Shown here: one piece after another, positions 27,432-40,884 of the stretch
Layout: each line of letters begins with the position of its first letter
Position numbering within the stretch: position 1 is the stretch's first letter
NCBI RefSeq assembly: GCF_009834535.1
Contig: NC_045696.1
Span: forward strand, 15,750,001 to 15,814,000
Length of the DNA: 64,000 nucleotides
Reading direction: 5' to 3'
Source of the DNA: Camelus ferus
Lineage: Eukaryota
The notes under the pieces: model-generated
Seen by the model: the letters and a program-made list of their open reading frames with translations, nothing else
What the model was told of the DNA's origin: nothing
Databases searched by the model: none
Program-made: the position numbers and the translations under genes

Positions 27432-29664
27432 AATATAGATTTAATGTGAATAATACTCCTGGAATTATAAGACACAAGAGCCATGGTGGAAGTCCATTGA
27501 TGGTGTTTATTAAAGACAAGAGGATATTGTCAAAGCTAGATAAGAAATAGAATAGTGATAAATGAGATTGAGATAAGAGGCCAGTTGTGAGGCTGCTGTC
27601 ATAGTTCAAGCTGTGTGTGTGTGTTTGTATGAACGTGTGTGCACATACACTATTTTTGACACATTTTTGAACTGCCATGTAGAAAGTGACATTTGACCTG
27701 GACTTTGTTTTTCTACACTCTCTATTCAAAGACGACTATACAGTGTGTGACCATCAACTTGGCACTGCGACCAGCTCCCCGAATGTCTTTTGTAAAAGAG
27801 AGCGGCTGAAGTGTCTAAAGAGAATAAAAGGAGAAAAGCAGTCATTCTCAAGGTTGTAACAGTGGGGGAGGAGGGGGACCCACACCCTTGAGTCAAAGCA
27901 GTAGTGTCAGTTGTCAGCAAGAGGAAACAAAGGAGCTTTCACTGTGATAACCTGGTCCTGTTTTATCAAAACATCTGACAAAACTCACTGCGCCTTCTGT
28001 TACTCTCCGTTTGAAAAGCCAGCGCTTGGGCATATGTCAGAAATCTTGGTTCAGTGACCTTCTGCTTCAGAAAGCTTTATCTCATTGTAGAGATGCTGCC
28101 TGCGTTCCAGCACGTGGCTGTGGGGATCTATTTGTGGCTGGCCTGATTGGATCCCTCTTCTTTTGTTCATCACAGCAGAGTCATGTAGGCCAATGACTAG
28201 GCAGGAAAACCCCATGACAAGGTTCAATTAGGAAATTCTCTGAGGGACGTTTGTGTGTTAGTTACCTTAATACTGAATGGTTTATGCTCTTTAGTATTCT
28301 AGGATCGCCTTCTGTGATCTTTTACAAAATAGTAAGGATGCTCCTAATGTGGAGTATCTGTGTGCACAGTACTGTTACTAGCAGCAAGAAACATCTTCTG
28401 AACTAGAATAATGGGTGGAAGGTGTATCTAGGCAAAAATCTGCTTAATATGGGAAATACTTTTCTATCCGCTACAGATACATCCAAATGGGACAAACCTT
28501 GTTGACAGTAAATGGGATGGTAAGTTAATAAGTTCCCCTTAGGGACAATTTGTTGTTAATTTGGCAGGGAACTGGGACAGGTGGCTTAGACTCATCCTAC
28601 CTTAATGTTGTAGGATTCCACTGAGTTTTCCAGAGCACCCAAAGCATATTTTATTAGTAGAATCCACATCTTTGAGTATTTTGCATTAAATGTATTTAAA
28701 AGGTTATGTTTGTTATTTACCAGATTTCTTTGAATACAGAAAATGGACAGATAGGATATCATTATTATCATTATTACCATTTTATCATCATCAACGATTT
28801 TGAGGGATGAACAAAATAATTATGTATAAATTCAGTATCTTTTTGAAGTCTGACAATACATGTACTCATAAATTACTCAAATCTACAAAAATTGATATTA
28901 AAAGATTTTGATAAATCCTTAAAAAAACATTCCAGTGAGGTTTTTCAAATAGCTGACAATTGGTCAGTATTACACCTTATCCTTAAAAATCAGTCCTTGG
29001 ACCATAGGGTTGATGTCGCTGCACAATAGCTGGGCTCAGGAGGACTGAGAACAGAGCTTAAGATACCACACAAGCTGCCAATATTAGATTCACCCACTCT
29101 GTAAGGCAATGATAACACTGAGTCTGCAATCTCATGCTTTTTGTGTTCTTTAATGTTTGCTAAATATCTGAATGTCCTTGGCACTTTTTTCATGCCTCAT
29201 GCACAGAAAATACACCAATGCTAATATATAAACACCCTTACTTCACTGCTTAGGTATCACGGCTGTTAGACCAGAAGGTCTGGAAATGATACCGTTCTGT
29301 GTGGCTCTAACAGTGGGATAACTTTATCAGTGTTGATGTAAAACAGGAGTATAATTCATGTGATCTCATCCAGGCAGGCTTTCTGTTTCATACTGCATTA
29401 TTTATGTACTTGCATTCGAGGTAGCCTAAATCTGGTAATTCTCTTTGCAGACACTTATATTAGTGACTCATAAAGTCCTCTGATGTAAGCAGGATGTGTA
29501 TTATTTACCCAATTTTGTGGATTTGAAAACAGAGTCCCAGAGGTGATCAAGGCCACATCGATAGTGATTGGTTCAACCAGATTGTTACACCCAGCCCTGC
29601 TCAGTCTTATCCCTGTGCTTTCTCCATAGCATCACACTGCATCTTAAGTTCATTCCAAAGTTGG

Positions 29665-30060
29665 CTGCTGTGTAAACCTGAGGCGTGCCCTCCAGTGTCC
29701 CGGCGTTCTCTCCTTCCAGGGCACTTAGAAGACTATACTTCCCAGCTTATAGTCAGTGGGACCGTGGACTAGCACTGACCATTGGACCATAAGTAGAATT
29801 TCTGCCTGGGTTTGGTAGAAGCCTCTGTGGGTCCTTCCAACTTTCCCCCTCCCGCTTTGGTGGCAGACATGGAGGCCACGTGTGAAGGGAGTGGAGCTAT
29901 AAGATGCAGAGCCTGAAGCACTGCTTGGAGGAGAGCTGTCCTGGTGAGTCACCTGATTTAAGCAGACTCCAGTTGAGGAAGAAATAAACTTTCTCATTTA
30001 GGCCACTGAAATTTTGGGCTTATTTGTCACAACAGCATAAGCTCAGCCTATACTAACACA
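29665..30060 (+). mobile_element. Older MaLR LTR (MLT1-type)
   Basis: gaaataaactttctcatttaggccactgaaattttggg...gtcacaacagcataa...ctatactaacaca terminus. Confidence 0.65.
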
Positions 30061-30169
30061 GCTCATCTAGATCTTTTCCACAGCTCCTATCAGCACTTTA
30101 CCATTACATCCCAGCAAACCATGATCTCCAGGTAAGATGCTTAAAGTAAATGCAAAAACTACTCTTTGG

Positions 30170-30570
30170 TGCTATGGAGAAAATAAGGCAGGAGAAGGTG
30201 ATAGGGATTGGTTAAGGTTTAGGTGCCTTTAGGTGTTTGCATCGAGTGGTCAAGGAAGGACTCACTTAAAAGATAACATTTGACCAATGACTCAAAGCCA
30301 TGTAGACATCTACAGGAAATACATTCCAGGCTACGGGAGTATCTGATGCTTGAAAATGAACAGAGGCCGGTGTAGCTGAAATACAGTGACTGGAGGAGGA
30401 GGACAGTTATGAAGAATGGAATTAGAGAGAAAAAGGGAAAGAAGTACATTACGGAGGGCATTGTAGGCCCTTGTAAGGGCATTAGCTCTGACTGAGTGAA
30501 TTGGAAGCCGCTGGAAAGTGTGGGCCAGCGGAGCGACATGGCTTGATTTATAGTTTTAAAGAATTGTTTT
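30170..30570 (-). mobile_element. L2 fragment
   Basis: gtggtcaaggaaggactcact...ataacatttgacc...gggcattgtaggcccttgtaagg. Confidence 0.6.
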
Positions 30571-30939
30571 CTAAAAGCATACTTATGACACTAAAGTTAC
30601 TTACAATAGATGCTGCTGCTGCAACTTAATCCTAGCTTCACTTGTGTGTCATTTTGATCCTTGAGTAATCCTCACCAAGCCAATAACTGGTGGTATTAAC
30701 TTACAGTGTAAACTACAGTGATGACAATCAGAGTTCCATCTAAGGTTCCCAACAGTTGGTTGCAGTGCCCTGATTTGAAACACTGCCATAAAGCTATCAA
30801 AGAAATCCTTGCAAGAGTCTTTCTTCTCCTCCACCTGCACTGTAAATCATCAAAAATAGTTGGATATAATTTCATAGCATATGAAACCAGCACTTGGAAT
30901 ATCCTACACAGTGAATGCATTGATCGCAGAAACTGATTA

Positions 30940-31752
30940 CTTTGTCATCTCTACCTGGATGCCCAAAGCATACCTTTGGCTCAGTATCTCCAAAAATAAA
31001 ATCATTCCCCGTCTACCTACTCCAGACATTGTGTCCACTGTATTCTTGTTCCTAGTTCAGAAAACCCCCATTACCACAGTAGCTCAAGTCAGAAAATCCC
31101 AAAGATTAGTAACCATCTCTAAAAGTTCTTTCTCCTACACGCCTTTCAAATCCACCCTTTCTGCCTTTTGTCTTCCAACACACCTTCTAATCTAGCCCTC
31201 ATTCCCTCTCAGGTGAACTGCTGGAGCAGCTCCTGATGGGTCTCTCAGGCTCCATTCTTTCACTGCACACTGCTAAGGGAGCATCTTCCTAAAGCACAGA
31301 TCTCACTGTGGCATCCCCACCCTCCCTGTAAATAGTGAGCTAAACTCTCTGGACTGAAATCCCTGACCATCGAGTTTCTGCCTGCGTTTTTAGCTACATC
31401 TCTTGCCGCATCCAGATCACAGTTTTTGCTGCGGCCACAGAACACTGTTTGTTTTTTTCCAAACATCATTAGCTATTTCACACATCTGTGACCTTGCGTA
31501 TGCCCTCTGCTGGAATATTTCTTCACCTTGTCTAACTGCAGAATTGCTCCTGCTTTCAGCTTCTGCTTTAAAGTTATACCATTTCTGAAGTCTTCCCTGA
31601 TGTCCCCTCCAGGGCCCTTCACATGCCACTTTTTTCCAGTGGTGACCTTGAGCTTTCTTCTGTCACCCCCACAAGACAACTCTTTGCATGCCAAGCCTCT
31701 AAGACAGAAGCATAGTAGATACATAGTAGGTGTTCAGTCGGTTGAATGAATT
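30940..31752 (+). mobile_element. L2 fragment
   Basis: catctctacctggatgccc...; ends acatagtaggtgttcagtcggttgaatgaatt. Confidence 0.6.
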
Positions 31753-33158
31753 AATACTCTGAAATACCGTTCTGGCTCTGTTGCCTGGCATTAACATAAT
31801 GAAGAGGGTGTCACATCTGTATCCTGACACCCATCCCATGATACTCAGTGGGTAAAAAGTGGCATTGTTTTGTAACATCCTTTGTAGGGGAAATTGTAGT
31901 AATTTTTTTCAACAGTTTGTTGGGAAAGTTGAACAAATTTGAATATTGAACTTGTTCTTTCTTACTCAGGTTTTTGGTTGGTTTTTTTTTTTTTTGGCAT
32001 TTTATTGCTCCAGATTGATTTATCTTTGTAATTCTTCTTTGGCTTGTAGCCATTGTTATTAAATGATTACCATTCTTCTTAGAGCTGACCTCATTTTCTT
32101 GTTCACTGGATACTTTGGTTATGAAAAGAAAACCCGTTGAGAAAAATCAGCCAGGTTTCTTGGTGCATATGGGGATCTGAATTCTGAAATTTGTGTAAAA
32201 ATGAAGTTTTATTTAAGAGAGTAGCTATTCTAAAATGAATAATCAAATAATGGCAAAAGCAAAGATGTCTGATTTTTTTTTTAAAGAAATTACGTTCCAG
32301 TGATACAGTGTTGTTGAGTATTTATACTTGACTCTTTTTTCCCTTATTACAGGACAGCATATGTTCTGAGCTGGAACATTGCTGTTTTTGCTTCATCAAC
32401 TTGAAACCCCTTTCGAGTCAGCGTAAGGCATGTTTGGTTGAATACTGCAATAATATGCGGTTATAACTGGTGGCTGAGTCATCGGTTTTTAAGGGATTGG
32501 TACTGTAAAGAGCTGAGTCATATGTCTTGTGTCAAAATTGAGTGTGAATTTTAAAGTCAAAAGTAAAATGAACCCTTGAGCATACTCAAGTGAAAAATCA
32601 CAGCCACCTGTGGGCTGAGGGTTTTCATAGCTACTGTTTGATTTTTTTTTTCCAAGCTGCATTCTTACGCTCTTTGTATTTTCATGCAGCAAATGGAAAA
32701 ATCCAGGCTCCAAGCTCACCATCACTGTTACGAAAAGGATGATGTTAGAAATGATTCCAGTTTCTCTGTGATCTGCTATAAATCTTGATCTTCTGCTTCT
32801 TAAGAGCTTCATTTGCTTACAGAGTATTCAGTGGTCGAGTGCTCAAATGAGGGGCCAAGGTCATTTTTAGCAAGTGTGCAACCACTGAGATTGGGTAGAG
32901 AGCCTACAGAGGTCCATGCACTTCTGGGGCCTGTTTATCTTCCCTACCATGGAAGGAGCCACAGCACGGGCAGCTAGGCCAGGCATCTAGGGTATAAGAT
33001 TCAGGGCAGAGTAGACATGGATAAAAGGACACAGAGAGCTGCTTCAGGCCAAAAATAACACCGGACTCATTCTTCTGTTATATCGTAACTCAGTTCTGAA
33101 AATGGAACCAGGAAATCTAGAGTGTACCTACAACTGTGGTTCACCTTCAGATCTTTTT

Positions 33159-33310
33159 ATTGTTGTTGTTAATTCTGGTGGGGGAAGGGAGGTAATCAGA
33201 TTTTTGTTTATTTATTTATTTTTTGGTGGAGGCTCTGAGGATTGAAACCAGGACCTTGTGCATGCTAGGCATGCCTCTGCTGCTAGGCTATACCCTCCTC
33301 CCGTACCCCC
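33159..33310 (-). mobile_element. tRNA-derived SINE, vic-1-like (second copy)
   Basis: Reverse complement reads ggaggagggtatagcctagcagcagaggcatgcctagcatgcacaaggtcctggtttcaatcc. TSD caccttcagatcttttt (33142-33158) / caccttcaggtcttctt (33311-33327). Confidence 0.85.
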
Positions 33311-33739
33311 CACCTTCAGGTCTTCTTAAAGCTCATTTTCTCTGTCTTCTTGGCCCAGGATGTTTTGGAAAACACAATGCAATGATGGTTAAGAAAATAG
33401 TATTTATAGGGTGTGTGAATCAAAAAAATGCAGTGAAACATCATTTACATAAAAGTGGAGGGAAAGCCCTTTAAATGTCAGAAGGATATTGTAGTTCATA
33501 AGCCATTCGTGTTTGGAGATTACACAGTATAATGGATTAATTAGATTAGGGGCATGTTAATGATAGGATGACTGTAGGTTAGAGGCAAGGTGATGCAGAA
33601 TATGAGTAAAGCCACGGCAATGGGTTAGGAGTCAAGTCTAGCTAGGGAAGAGAATGAAGACTGAATTTCTGAAGGCTCCTTTGTTTAGGTTAGGAAGGAG
33701 ATCTAAAGCGTCATGTCATCCACAAAGGAATGATTATCT

Positions 33740-33922
33740 TTGGGAGGTGGGCGGCTGTACTGACTGTGAATGGGCACACGGGGACTTACTGAGATGACGG
33801 GTGAGTTCTGTATGTTGGTGGGGTAGTGGTTACATGGTGTATGCATAAAAATCATAAAATTCATCCAGCAGCACATTTAGTATTTATGCACCTTACCTAT
33901 GTAAATTTTACCTCAATAAAGA
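33740..33922 (+). mobile_element. Old L1 (L1ME/L1MC-like) 3' terminus
   Basis: gtagtggttacatggtgtatg...aaaattcatc..gcacatttag...tatgtaaattttacctcaataaa. Confidence 0.7.
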
Positions 33923-34064
33923 ATGAACTAAGCTGAGATGGTGTAGAACTGGCCAGGACCTTGATTTTATACTTCTCCCGAGAATAAATAGTCCCTTAAT
34001 GCAACCCTACCGCCATTTCTTCTCTCATATCTAATGTTTAATGAAAACATTAAAGACCTCTTTT

Positions 34065-34405
34065 GGGTGGTGGGGCTTCAAGATGGCAGAGTAGAAGGAT
34101 GCAGAGCTCACCCATTCCCAAGAATACATCAAAACTATGTCTGCCCATGGAACAATTCTCCCAGAATACCAACCAAACTTTGTCAGAATATCTCTTACAA
34201 TTGGAACAACATGGTAAACCTCACAAAACCAGATAAACAACCAGTTTCTACTGTATATAGCACAGGAAACTATATTCAATATCTTGTAATAACCTATAAT
34301 GAAAAAGAATATGAAAAGGAATATATGCATGTACATGTATGACTGAAACATTATGCTATACACCAGAAATTGACACAACATTGTAAACTGACCATTAAAA
34401 AAAAA
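34065..34405 (+). mobile_element. Internally deleted mini-L1: L1 5' end fused to L1 3' terminus
   Basis: Starts G-rich then caagatggcagagtagaagga (YY1-type L1 start, 34079-34087). From 34233 it matches the L1 3'UTR also present at 44230-44370. A-tail at 34397-34405. Confidence 0.8.
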
Positions 34406-34599
34406 TCTTTTTTGTTTGCTTTTAAAGTATGAACCTAGTTTCTTCCGAATGTGCTCTCCATGTGGTGCTGTGTAAACAATAAGATTCTTTCACTGTCTTA
34501 AGCAGCAGTTCATGATTGGCTGTGTGGCTCTGTGACTGCCCTGCAACTGTCTCAGAACTTTGTGATCATATTGGCTTTAGTCCAATTAATAAGAATGAC

Positions 34600-34800
34600 A
34601 ATAATAATAGCTCATGTTTATTAATCATTTATAATGTTGTAGACACTCTGTTTACATACATATTCATTTTTTTCTCAACAACCTTATGAGTTAGATACAA
34701 TACATATTTGCATTTTTCTTACCAAAAAATTTGAAGTTCCATGAGGTTTAGCAGCCAGCGTATGATCACATTGTGCAATGTGGCAGAAATTTACAATGAT
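34600..34800 (-). mobile_element. MIR SINE
   Basis: ataataatagctcatgtttatt...ctcaacaaccttatgagttagatac. Confidence 0.6.
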
Positions 34801-35409
34801 CTGTTATCGAATCACAATCTTAAGCTCTCTGGGCTGTACCATGTCCCAGCAGCCTCCAAATTCTCATGCAGAAGCACATCTTTATTTCCATCTCAGGCTT
34901 TTATTGCTTTTTATATGCTTGGGGATAAAAAAAACTTTGGAGAAAATATCAATTCTAAATAAGTTACCCTACTTTGGTGACCGTGAGGCACCATCTGGAA
35001 AACAAAATTTAATTAATAGCATCATGATCATAAAAGTTTAACCAACAGTGCCCATTTTTTTCTTTCCAATTTCATCTCCAAGTTGTGCATTTTAATTCAC
35101 ATAAATTTCCAGTTTACAGAATTTTTTTAAGCATGAACTATAAAAAAATATATTTTAACTATCTTTTGAAATGAAAGAATATAGCTTGAATACTTCCTTC
35201 TTAAACAGAGAATGCCTTGTACCATGTATTAATCTGTTCTTGATCCTTGGATATCATTAAGGTGTGCTAGGCTCTTAGACCCTACTCAGAATGTCCCAAG
35301 TTGATATGAAGTTTGGTTTTTTTGTTTGTTTGTTTGTTTGTTTTACTATTTATCTGTATTATTTTATTATATTCCAAAATTATTATCATTCTTTAGAAGG
35401 CATCCTGAT

Positions 35410-36530
35410 TTTTTTAAAGTTTAAGGTGCACAGCATAATGACATGACATACATGTATATTGCAAAATGATTGCCACAATAAATTTAGTTAACATACATCA
35501 CCTCATATAGTTACAAATTTCTTCCCTTGAGATGAGAACTTTTAGAACTTACTCTCTTAGCAACTTTCAAGTATACGATACAGCATTTTTAACTACAGCA
35601 TCATATGTACATTATATTCTCTGTACTTATTTATCTTACAAATGCAAATTTATACCTTTTGACCACCTTCACCTATATTCCCCACCCCATCCCCTGCCTC
35701 TAGCAACCACAAATCTGATCTTTTTTTTCCATGAGTTTGGTTTTTTTTAGATTCCACATACAAGTGAGATTATAGGGTATTTGTCTTTCTCTGACTTATT
35801 TCACTTAGCCTAATGCCCTCAGGGTCTATCCATGTTGTTGCAAATGACAAAATTGCCATCTTTTTTATGACTGAATATGATTCCATTATACAGCCCATCT
35901 TCTTTCCCATTTTTCTGTCGATGTGTTGACGGATACCTAGGTCGTTTCCCTGTCTTGTTTGTTGTAAATTGTGCTACAGTGAACGCAGGGGTGCAAATGT
36001 CTTTTCAAAATAGTGATTTAATTTCCTTCAGATAAATTTCTAGAAGTGGAATTGCTGGTTCCTATGGTAGTTTTTTTTTAATTTTTTGAGAAGCCTCCAT
36101 AGTGTTTTCCACAGTGGCTGCACCAAGGTGCAATCCCACCAGCAGTGCACAAGTGTTCCCCTTTCTCCACATTCTCAACAGCGTTTGTTGTCTCTTGTCA
36201 TTTTGATGATAGCCATTCTAACAGGCGTGAAGGGATATCTCACTGTGGTTCTGACTTACATTTCCCTAATGGTAAGTGATGCTGAGCATCTTTTTATGTA
36301 CCTGTTGGCAACTTGAATATCTTCTTTGGAAAAATGTCTATTCAGGTCCTTTGCCCACTTTTTAATTTAAGATATATATATACATTGCTATTGAGTTGTA
36401 TAAGTTCTTTATATATTTTGGATATTAACCCATTATCAGCTATATAATTTGCAAATATTTTCTCTGACTCCATAGGCAGATTTTTCATTTTGTTGGGTTG
36501 TTTTTTTTTTGTGATACAGAATTTTTATAG
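35410..36530 (-). mobile_element. L1 3' end (L1MA-like ORF2 C-terminus and 3'UTR)
   Basis: Antisense signature SLHSVFHSGCTKVQSHQQCTSVPLSPHSQQRL; 3'UTR gatgagaacttttagaacttactctcttagcaactttcaagtatac. Confidence 0.9.
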
Positions 36531-39500
36531 CCGCATTTATTGTTCCTTTATTGTTGACTTTTCTCACAGTTGCCCTTATGCCATTTCATTGAACTTGCTG
36601 TTCAAAAGTCCCTTAAGCTGAAGAGCATGTTAATAGACAAATAATAGAGCTAAAAATACAGATATTCGAGCCTTTTAGAATAGTTTTGAAAATTAAAATA
36701 AATAAGCAATGTGGAGGGAAGAGGGCTGAAATTTTCTCTTTAAAAAAAATACAGATTTTATTTTTTATGTCCTACCTTCCTTTTGTATGGATTTGTAAAA
36801 TTTAGAATTTTCTGACTTTTTTTTTCTCTCCTTTGCACACTATACTTTAGTTGTTATGACTACCTGAATGGATAATATCCACACAAATATTTTATTGTGA
36901 TTTTTAAAAAAATGTTACTTGATCAGGAGCAAGCTCCCCATTAGAAGTCTTAAATCTCCAAGAGGCCAGTGTAGTGAATGTTTTTCAAGAGTGGTCTCCA
37001 GGCAACAGGATTCCAGGCAGATACTGCAGAGGACACAAAAGTGAACAGAAATAAGATGAGACAGTGAGTTGGGGAAAAGGAAGAATTCATAAAAAGTGGA
37101 GACATATTTGAGATATATATATATATATTTGAGATATATCAGAACATTCTAGTGTCTTGTAGAGAGGAGTTAAAGGGAAAAATTTTAACCCATAATTAAT
37201 TTCTTAAATTAGAATATAGGCTTTTTTAGTTACTTATTCAGGACTTGTTTAAAAACATTTGAATTTTTATCAATAAAATGTAAAGTTCATTAACATGCTC
37301 TTACAATATAATTTTGGTTCAATACTGGATCATATGCCTCAAATTACTCTCTTCTTTTTTAAAGAATGAAATAAGTGGTTAAGGAAAGCCAGATTTAAAT
37401 ACTTGAAAGTAGGTCCCACCACTCAAGAGCAGACTCTAAATTATCTCACTAATATCCTAAATAAATGAAGTCCCTGAATATTTTCTCCTTCATAACAGTA
37501 TCTCCAAATGCTTTCAATGGTGGTGAAATTACCCTACTGAAATTAGAATTAATGCCATAGAGACTGATTATTTTTGTGGACTGCAATGCAGCTCTAAAAT
37601 TGAACCTTGTGAAAAAAAGAAAAAGCAAGATTAAGTCCATTATAAGTGCCACCCACTTTTATTTTCCTCTCCCATCTGCCTCCAGAATCAAGTATGAAAT
37701 AGACACTTTGGACTAAACAGTGAATACACTCAGACCATATCTATAGGGAAGAATATAAACATTTAGGAAAAAATAAATGAGCACATATGAATAAGGAATA
37801 AAAAGAATCATCATCAAAAATACTCATCTACAGGAACAGAGCACCCCCGTTTCACAGATGGATAAGAAGAATGTAAACACAATGTCTTAGCTGTAACAGT
37901 AGCGGCAGTTCACTGGTGTGTATCACAGCACAGAGATAAACAATGTGAAATAGAAAATGGATTTGGAGTTAAACATTATAAATATGACACCTTTTTTCTG
38001 TATACAAGGAATCAGAGCCCTCTAAAAAGAAAAGAGAGACACTGTAATATCTTGACCTTGTAAATACAAAGGCCAACAGAAATTGAAAGGGCCAAAATAA
38101 CATGACCGTTCTCTGTCTGCTGGAGGGTTTACAGCCTAAAATAATTCGTGTACAGGAAGGAAACAGTGAATTTAACTTTCTTGAAAAAAATGTTTAAATT
38201 CATAAATAACTTGTTCTTCTCTTCTTGCTTTTACAAGTGTAACTTACTCTTCTTGTCAAACTTGCCCTGCATTTTCATCTGTTCCCTGAATAGCCTCCAA
38301 AGCAAGCCACATTCATATCTCTGTTTCATCTCTTTTTGCAAGATCAAAATAAAAGTGGTTCTCAAATTTATACATAGTGAATGAATTCTGCCCATGCTGC
38401 ATTTTGAATTGGGGAGGGAAGTATCTTTGTTCTCTTCGCTTTAGTTTTATTTCTGAACATTTCTGTCTTTAGTCCTTTGCTTCCCTACATAGACTATTCT
38501 AAATTCCCAAGACATATTGTTTGATTTCATTACATCCTGGATGTATAAATCAGTGCTGTATTTTAAAAATTTAGTTGGATTTTTTAGGATGCAAAGACTA
38601 TTTCACTATTAATGGGTTTATGGTCTTGGATTGTCAGGTTTTGTTATTGCTTTTATTTTTCTACTCAAATATTATGCATAATCCTTTCTGCCCTAAGGCA
38701 CTGAGATACTCTGGCAAGCAAGCCAAGATCATCTGCAGTATCTTTTTTTCCACTTTCATTAAAATATACTTATCCGTTGACACTTTTAATAATATTCATC
38801 AGCATTCTCTCAGGGTGAGCTCTTCATCTTCAATATATTTTCCTCACCATCATTAATTCTTACAACACTTCAGAGAGGAACATAAGTGGTCATTACTGGT
38901 CAGATTTTCATTCAGTCTAGCTGTAGGACTCTTCCTATTGCGATGACAAAATGAAATTGGGACCCTTTATCTCCACTGTCCAGATGAAGAAAATGAGGAT
39001 AAAGGACTAAGTAAGTGGTGAAGCAAGGGGAAAGAGAGAGATCGTGTGAACAGAGTGGAAACGCTTTTTCAGTCTCAGCTCTCCATCCTGGCTCGTTCGT
39101 ATTTTATCTTGTTACAGACCTCTCTCTTGACGAGGGAAAGATGGAACTGGATGGGATACTTCAGAAACTCCTGTGTAAAGCTTTCTCTGAGAATTAATAA
39201 GAAGTGATAAAAAATTTTTTTTAAAAAGTCACACCATGATTTGTGCATCCTAACCTTAGCACTAGGAAATTGGAGTAACATCTGTTCAGAACAGGGCGTT
39301 GCCACCTTAGTGATTTGGTTCTAAGGGAAAATTTGATTACTAGGATTTCTTAGAAGAAACATCCATCATCTTCTAGGAATAGACATTCAAGCAGTACATT
39401 GAACAAGCATGATGCTCCATAGATAAGCAAAACATAACTCAATCCCACTACAATTTTATGGGAAGCTTTTCCCCTTGGATGGCTGAAAATTTGGTACATC

Positions 39501-40127
39501 TATGGCTTTTCTGCTCACCTTTAGTCCTTAAATCTTCTAAGCCTCAAAACACTCTCATTTGGAAACTTCAAATGTCTAATCTGAGATATCAGTAAACATT
39601 TCAGACTTTATGTCAGACTTCTCCCCATCTTGTAGCTGAGAACAGTAGTTGGTGGGGTCACCTGTCTTCAGGGAGAGGGATGTGGCCAAGTGCTCTCTTT
39701 TCCCACCCGTTTCCCACCCAGCAGTACCCCCCCTCCCAGTGCACCCCACCAGTGTGAGAGCCTCAAAGGGGAGAGAGAAAAGGAAATTTCTGACTCAACT
39801 CCTGATACTTAACTGGATTCCTGTCTTCTGCTGGGTCCCTCTGACAGCTGCCCCTAGGACTCAGAGCTTCTCCCCTGCTGGCCCGATTGGCTTGCTGGCA
39901 TCTATTTTGGGTGGCCACTGTCCCTTCCCCCGTGCTACCTCCTGGGCTTCCATCATCCACTCCACGCACAGACTCAGCAGTCCCCTGCTGCAGTCCCGTT
40001 GCCCCCAGGTGGCTCTCTCAGCACCTAGGACAGCTCCCAGCTGATTTTGTTGTTGTTGTTGTTTTGTTTTGGAGAATTTTTTTTCATCCCACATAGCCCA
40101 CATCTGGTCCATAGATAGATTCCTTGC

Positions 40128-40480
40128 CTGTTCTGGACTGAATGTTTGTGTTCCCTGCCCCCCAAATTCATATGTAAGACTCAATCTCCAATGTAATGGT
40201 ATTTGGAAGTGGGTCTTTGGGGAGGCAATTAGGTTTGGTTGAGGTCATGAGGGTGGAGACCCCATAGTAGGATTAGTGCCCTTCTAAGAAGAGGAAGAGA
40301 CACTGGAGCTTCCTCTCTCTGCCATGTGAGGATACAGTGAGAAGGCAGTCGTCTATAAGACAGGAAGAGGTCACCTTGATTTTGGACACCCCAGCCTTCA
40401 GAATTGTGAGAAAATAAATATCTGTTGTTTAAGTCACCCAGTCTATTGTATTTCTTGTAGCACACCGAGCTGACTAAGGC
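40128..40480 (+). mobile_element. MaLR solo LTR (MLT1A-like)
   Basis: tgttctggactgaatgtttgtg...caaattcatatgt...cagccttcagaattgtgagaaaataaata...gctgactaagg. Confidence 0.88.
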
Positions 40481-40884
40481 ACTGTCGTGTATTTTGCTAT
40501 TTGGGGTATAAATTCTCTGGTATGTGGGGTATAAATTCCCAGACCCAGCCTTATTACCCTCCTTCCCTGCACTGCCATACCCCCTCCTCTGGCCAGAAAA
40601 TATTGCATTTTATTAATTTTTTCCCTCCCTTTCCAATTTTCCATCAAATTGCTCAAGACCATAATTTTTCTCCTTCAGCCCCTCTGATCCATTCACTGCT
40701 ACTTTGTTATTCCATGTGAGCTCAGACCCAGCAGCTTTTCACTAATATAACCTCCTGCCTCTCTGCCCAACCCCATTTCCGGTCTCAGTCATGAATGCCC
40801 TTAGATCCTACTCTACCGGACTTTTTCAGCTTCCCAAATGCACTGTGTTCTCTCCCTCCTCCAGTGTCTTTCTGTTGCTTTGCT

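Noticed and set aside
39649..40044. 131-aa ORF in a GC-richer patch
   Set aside because: Non-ATG start, no recognisable domain; such a length is expected by chance in GC-richer sequence.
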